A stretch of DNA of 20,000 nt, taken from positions 45,563-65,562 of the IMG/VR virus record IMGVR_UViG_2865147665_000001; one strand, written 5' to 3'. The position numbers were made by a program, and so were the translations under genes. A model generated the notes under the pieces. That model was given only the letters and a program-made list of their open reading frames with translations, ran no database searches and was not told the origin of the DNA. How positions within the stretch are numbered: position 1 is the stretch's first letter; each line of letters begins with the position of its first letter. Of the stretch, positions 16,783 through 20,000 are shown one piece after another. The DNA is from an uncultured virus (IMG/VR IMGVR_UViG_2865147665_000001) (taxonomy: Duplodnaviria > Heunggongvirae > Uroviricota > Caudoviricetes).

Positions 16783-17373
16783 TCAGTAATTGCGGAAAAT
16801 GTAAACGCCGAACTCACCGCTGAAGCGTTCGGAGCCCTCGACCGAGAAGTCGTGCTTAAGGTCGCGCACGAAGCCAGCGTAGTCGAAGTACCTCTGTGCC
16901 AGCTCGTCCCATCCGCTCATGTCGATGGTCTGGTCGATGAGGTCATAGGCGAAGTCCTCCCACGTATCCCAGTGGCCGCTGTAGGCCTCCATGAAGTCGG
17001 AGACGCAGGGTGTGCCATGACTGTCTTCGGTGTACATCCCGGTCGTCACCCAGGCGCACAGGGCGGGCCACAGGTGTTCAGCGTCCAACTCGATGTAAAC
17101 CTCACCCCATCGGGTGGCTTCGAGCAGGTCCATCTCCCCGCTTGTGGGCATGTTGTCGATGTCGAAGCACCAGAGTTCCTCGCACTCGGGTGTGCTCAGG
17201 TACCCACCGTCGCGGTGGATGCGCTCGACGTCGAAGACGTGCGGGGCGTCGGCGATGTCGGCAGCGTCGTACCAGGCACCGACCAGGCGGCCGGAGTTGT
17301 AGCAGTGCAGACACCCAGCCCACACGCGCGGGGCGTGAGTGTGGATGGAGGGGGTGGTCGTGGGCAGGGACAT
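16783..17373 (-). CDS. ardA: Antirestriction protein ArdA (type I R-M inhibitor, DNA mimic)
   Basis: PRVWAGCLHCYNSGRLVGAW N-terminus, EELWCFD, C-terminal YFDYAGFVRDL; very acidic; AGAGAGG RBS at 17381-17387. Confidence 0.9.
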   Translation of the reverse strand: MSLPTTTPSIHTHAPRVWAGCLHCYNSGRLVGAWYDAADIADAPHVFDVERIHRDGGYLSTPECEELWCFDIDNMPTSGEMDLLEATRWGEVYIELDAEHLWPALCAWVTTGMYTEDSHGTPCVSDFMEAYSGHWDTWEDFAYDLIDQTIDMSGWDELAQRYFDYAGFVRDLKHDFSVEGSERFSGEFGVYIFRNY

Positions 17374-17448
17374 GGGACGGCCTCTCTTGTGAGTGGGTGT
17401 AGGTCACTTCTGTCCCCGGATGCGGCTCTGCCGCTTCTGTACGGTGAT

Positions 17449-18927
17449 CTACGACTTCCAGACCACTTTCACGCGCTCCGGCTCGAAAGATTTTGCCCCA
17501 GGCGTGCCACGCGTAATGTGGATCGCCATCAGCAGATGAACGAGGCGCCGCTGGTCCTCGATCGAAGCCCCCACCCACCATGCGGGAAAGTCCACAGCGT
17601 CGGCGATGTCCGCCAGGATGGGGTCAGCCGTGGTCGGCATCGTCAGTTCCTGGACCTCGACGTCGACAGCCTCGATCTGCTGGCTGAACTTGTTCTCAAG
17701 CCTCACGAAGGCAGACGTGTCCATAGCTCCGTCGACGACGTGCTGTTCCAGCTCCTCCCTGCGGGCAAGTAGTGCGGCTCGTCGGGCCACCAGTTCCTGA
17801 AGCCTATCGCCGGTCTCGTCGCTGTCGTCCGGACACAAAGCGACACGGAGGACGTCGAAAGCGTCCGGCTTGGCCATGCGGGCAAAGACGACCTTCTCAA
17901 TGAAGTCGTCTACGTCGTCGGTGACCGACGTGTGGGTGGCTCCGGCGACCTCGCGCTTGCACGCGTAGTAGTGCGCTCGGCCACCTTTCCGCGCCCGTGT
18001 GCGGTGATACATCGGCGCTCCGCAAGAGCACTTGAGCACGCCAGAGAGAAACTTGGTGGGAGCGGCCCCGGCGTGAGCGGTACGCCGAGAGGGATCGTTA
18101 AGGACAGCGCCTACCTGGGCGAACAACTCATCATCGATGATGGCAGGCCAGGAGCCCCTACCAACAACCTGGCGGTCTTTGACCAGTCGGTAGCCGGTTT
18201 CGGGGTCAGTTGGGTTGAAGGTGGACTTGCCGTTGGCGCGGGGATTCAACAGCAGGTCACGCAGGGTGTAGGCGCTCATGGGTGCGCCAAGCGTCGTAGT
18301 CAGACCGCGCGAGTTAATCATGCGCGCAGCCTCGCGGAGTGTCTTGCCACTCACGACCATGCGCGCGGCCTCCTGGAGCGCCTCGGCTTCGGCGGGCACG
18401 ATGGTCACCGCGTCTGCCTCGTAGCCGAACATGCGTCGGCCACCGGTCTTCGGTCGGCCTGTGCGGGCACGGTCCTCGTAGGCTGACCTGATTCGCGCTG
18501 CACGGTCGATACTTTCTTGCTCGGCAATGAGCCCAAGGATGACGATGACCAGCCGGGAGGTCGGGTCGGAAGGGTCGATACTGTAGCCGCGCGTGGCTTT
18601 CACCTTCACGCCATGGTGCTCGCAGAGCTCGAAGAGTGTGAGCGTATCTTTTGTCCGTCTCGCGAGTCGGTCTAAGGCGTAGACATAGACAGTGTCGATG
18701 TCACCAGCCTCGATGGTCTGGAGCAGGCGCTCGTATTCAGGTCGGCGGGAACCGGAGAAGGCGGAGATGTTGTTGTCGACGAACTTGCCGTCGGGGATGA
18801 TCACAGCCTCGTCGGCTTCAGCGAGCTTGGTGCATAGGTGAACCTGGCGCTTTACGCCCGCCTCCTCTTTCTTGTCCAACGAGATACGTGCGTAGATGGC
18901 GGCACGGGGGTGCGGTGAGTCGGTCAT
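17449..18927 (-). CDS. Large serine recombinase (integrase)
   Basis: Catalytic AAIYARIS, SAFSGSRRPEY, LDRLAR; recombinase domain (FGY); zinc ribbon LSGVLKCSCG...YYAC; C-terminal coiled coil. ATG 18927 preferred as start. Confidence 0.95.
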   Translation of the reverse strand: MTDSPHPRAAIYARISLDKKEEAGVKRQVHLCTKLAEADEAVIIPDGKFVDNNISAFSGSRRPEYERLLQTIEAGDIDTVYVYALDRLARRTKDTLTLFELCEHHGVKVKATRGYSIDPSDPTSRLVIVILGLIAEQESIDRAARIRSAYEDRARTGRPKTGGRRMFGYEADAVTIVPAEAEALQEAARMVVSGKTLREAARMINSRGLTTTLGAPMSAYTLRDLLLNPRANGKSTFNPTDPETGYRLVKDRQVVGRGSWPAIIDDELFAQVGAVLNDPSRRTAHAGAAPTKFLSGVLKCSCGAPMYHRTRARKGGRAHYYACKREVAGATHTSVTDDVDDFIEKVVFARMAKPDAFDVLRVALCPDDSDETGDRLQELVARRAALLARREELEQHVVDGAMDTSAFVRLENKFSQQIEAVDVEVQELTMPTTADPILADIADAVDFPAWWVGASIEDQRRLVHLLMAIHITRGTPGAKSFEPERVKVVWKS

Positions 18928-18929
18928 AC

Positions 18930-18990
18930 ACCCCATCGTACCCACTACCCTGGTTCAAAATTCCCCGACCCGGTGGCGCCGATACACAGT
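18930..18990. other. Hybrid attachment site (host attB half / element attP half), crossover near 18960-18965
   Basis: Minus strand: GGCGCCACCGGGTCGGGGAA (host Walker A codons), then an abrupt switch to TTTTGAACCAGGGTAG with an in-frame stop, directly upstream of the integrase. Confidence 0.7.
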
Positions 18991-20000
18991 CCGTGGGGGC
19001 CGATCCCGCCTTTCGCGGCTTCCCTGATGTCGAGGTAGACCGGGGCACCTCCCGACGTACCGACCGGTGCCCGTAGCTCTCCTCCGGGCAGGTCGAGCAG
19101 CGACCTCTCCTGCCGGTGACGGCACCGGGACCTGCACAACGCCGCCAGTTCCACATCGCTGAGACTGTCGGCGACGGCGAAAGGACGCCACCCGTCGACT
19201 GTCCATGCAGACAGCACCCCGTCCTCGGCGCGGAGAAGCAGACCCCCGTCGCGGGCAGCGTCCTCGGTCGCCCGGTCGGGGTGGGCTACGACGGCGCACC
19301 CCACTTCTCTGCCGGCGGCAGTGTCCTTGTTCTGTCCCACCGGCGTGGCCGGCGGTCCACCGTGCAGGAAGCAGACGGACAACGGACCATGGTGCGGCAA
19401 CCAGCGGTCGTGCGGACCTGTGACAGTCACAGTGTCCTCGTCCTGCATGACCAGTGCACCCTGCACTGCCCTGACCAGCCCGGACGCGTCCTTACCGGTG
19501 ACCGCCACCACAGGAAACTCGCGCAGGTCGACGGCGACCGGAGCCTCGACGGTGGCATGGCGGATCGCCAGGTCTCTCAGGGACATCGCGCACACAGGTT
19601 CAAGGTCCTCGGGCGGGGTGTCCACAGGAATGTCGAGCGGGTCGTCCGGAGCCTGGACCGCTGTCCCGATGCGCACGACCCCCGGCTCCCGGTCCGTCCC
19701 GTTGATCCTCTCGTCGTCCCCTGTGACGAAGGTCCAGAGGGCCCCAGGGTGGGGGTGCCTGGCGAGTGCCTGCTCCACCTGTTCTCTCCTGGAGCGTCGG
19801 AGCCCGTCGGAGAGAGCGTCAAGATGACGGTGGTAGCTGCGACGGGTCTCGTCGACATCCTGACCGCCCGGTTGGAACATCATCAACATGCTCCCCACGA
19901 GCATCAACGGGAAAAGGAATGTGGTCGGATTCCTCGCCATGCCAGACAGCACCATCGCCGCGACCATGCCCAGCACGGCGACAAGCATCACCGCAGGCAT
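18945..20000 (-). pseudogene. eccCa: Type VII secretion FtsK/SpoIIIE ATPase (EccC/EccCa-like), 5' part, interrupted at its first Walker A motif; true start probably beyond the window
   Basis: Two N-terminal TM helices (FLFPLMLVGSMLMM), HPHP..LW, VRIG, LEPVCA, then LRAPVG...VYLDIREAAKGGIGPHGLCIGATGSG, which ends NFEPG-stop instead of the conserved KSE. Confidence 0.88.

Larger units (their letters stand above)
1..18961. mobile_element. Integrative mobilizable element / genomic island inserted in an eccC-like gene; left boundary outside the window
   Basis: Carries a large serine recombinase at its right end, mobC plus relaxase, a replication gene, R-M and ardA cargo. The host gene is broken at 18960-18962, 33 bp from the integrase start. 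No mating-pair (T4SS) genes in the window. Confidence 0.88.

Noticed and set aside
16759..17772. 337-aa + strand ORF
   Set aside because: Antisense shadow of ardA and the integrase 3' end; no recognisable motifs; long shadow ORFs are expected at this GC content.
1..18961. Prophage or self-transmissible ICE interpretation
   Set aside because: No capsid, terminase, tail, T4SS or coupling-protein genes in the window; the unseen left part could still change this.
1..20000. CRISPR array, tRNA or rRNA genes
   Set aside because: No regularly spaced repeat-spacer units or recognisable structural RNA genes seen.

Overview
High-GC actinobacterial DNA, probably Corynebacteriales. Almost the whole window (1 to about 18961) is the right-hand part of an integrative, mobilizable element; its left end lies outside the window. 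A large serine recombinase sits at the right end, and the element appears to have integrated exactly in the Walker A motif (GATGSG|K) of a host type VII secretion ATPase gene (eccC/eccCa-like), truncating it. From left to right the cargo is: a single polypeptide of more than 1350 aa fusing a TOPRIM/DUF3854-like primase, a P-loop helicase-like ATPase, a 3'-5' exonuclease and a family-A DNA polymerase; two small ORFs; a hairpin-rich oriT candidate; mobC; a MOBP relaxase with an overprinted MobB-like membrane protein; a hsdM-hsdS-hsdR type I R-M operon with a small serine resolvase as last gene and a res-like repeat array over its promoter; an intact ISL3 element with 8-bp target duplication; a cluster of small hairpins; and ardA. 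All family calls come from motifs recognised by eye, with no database searches.
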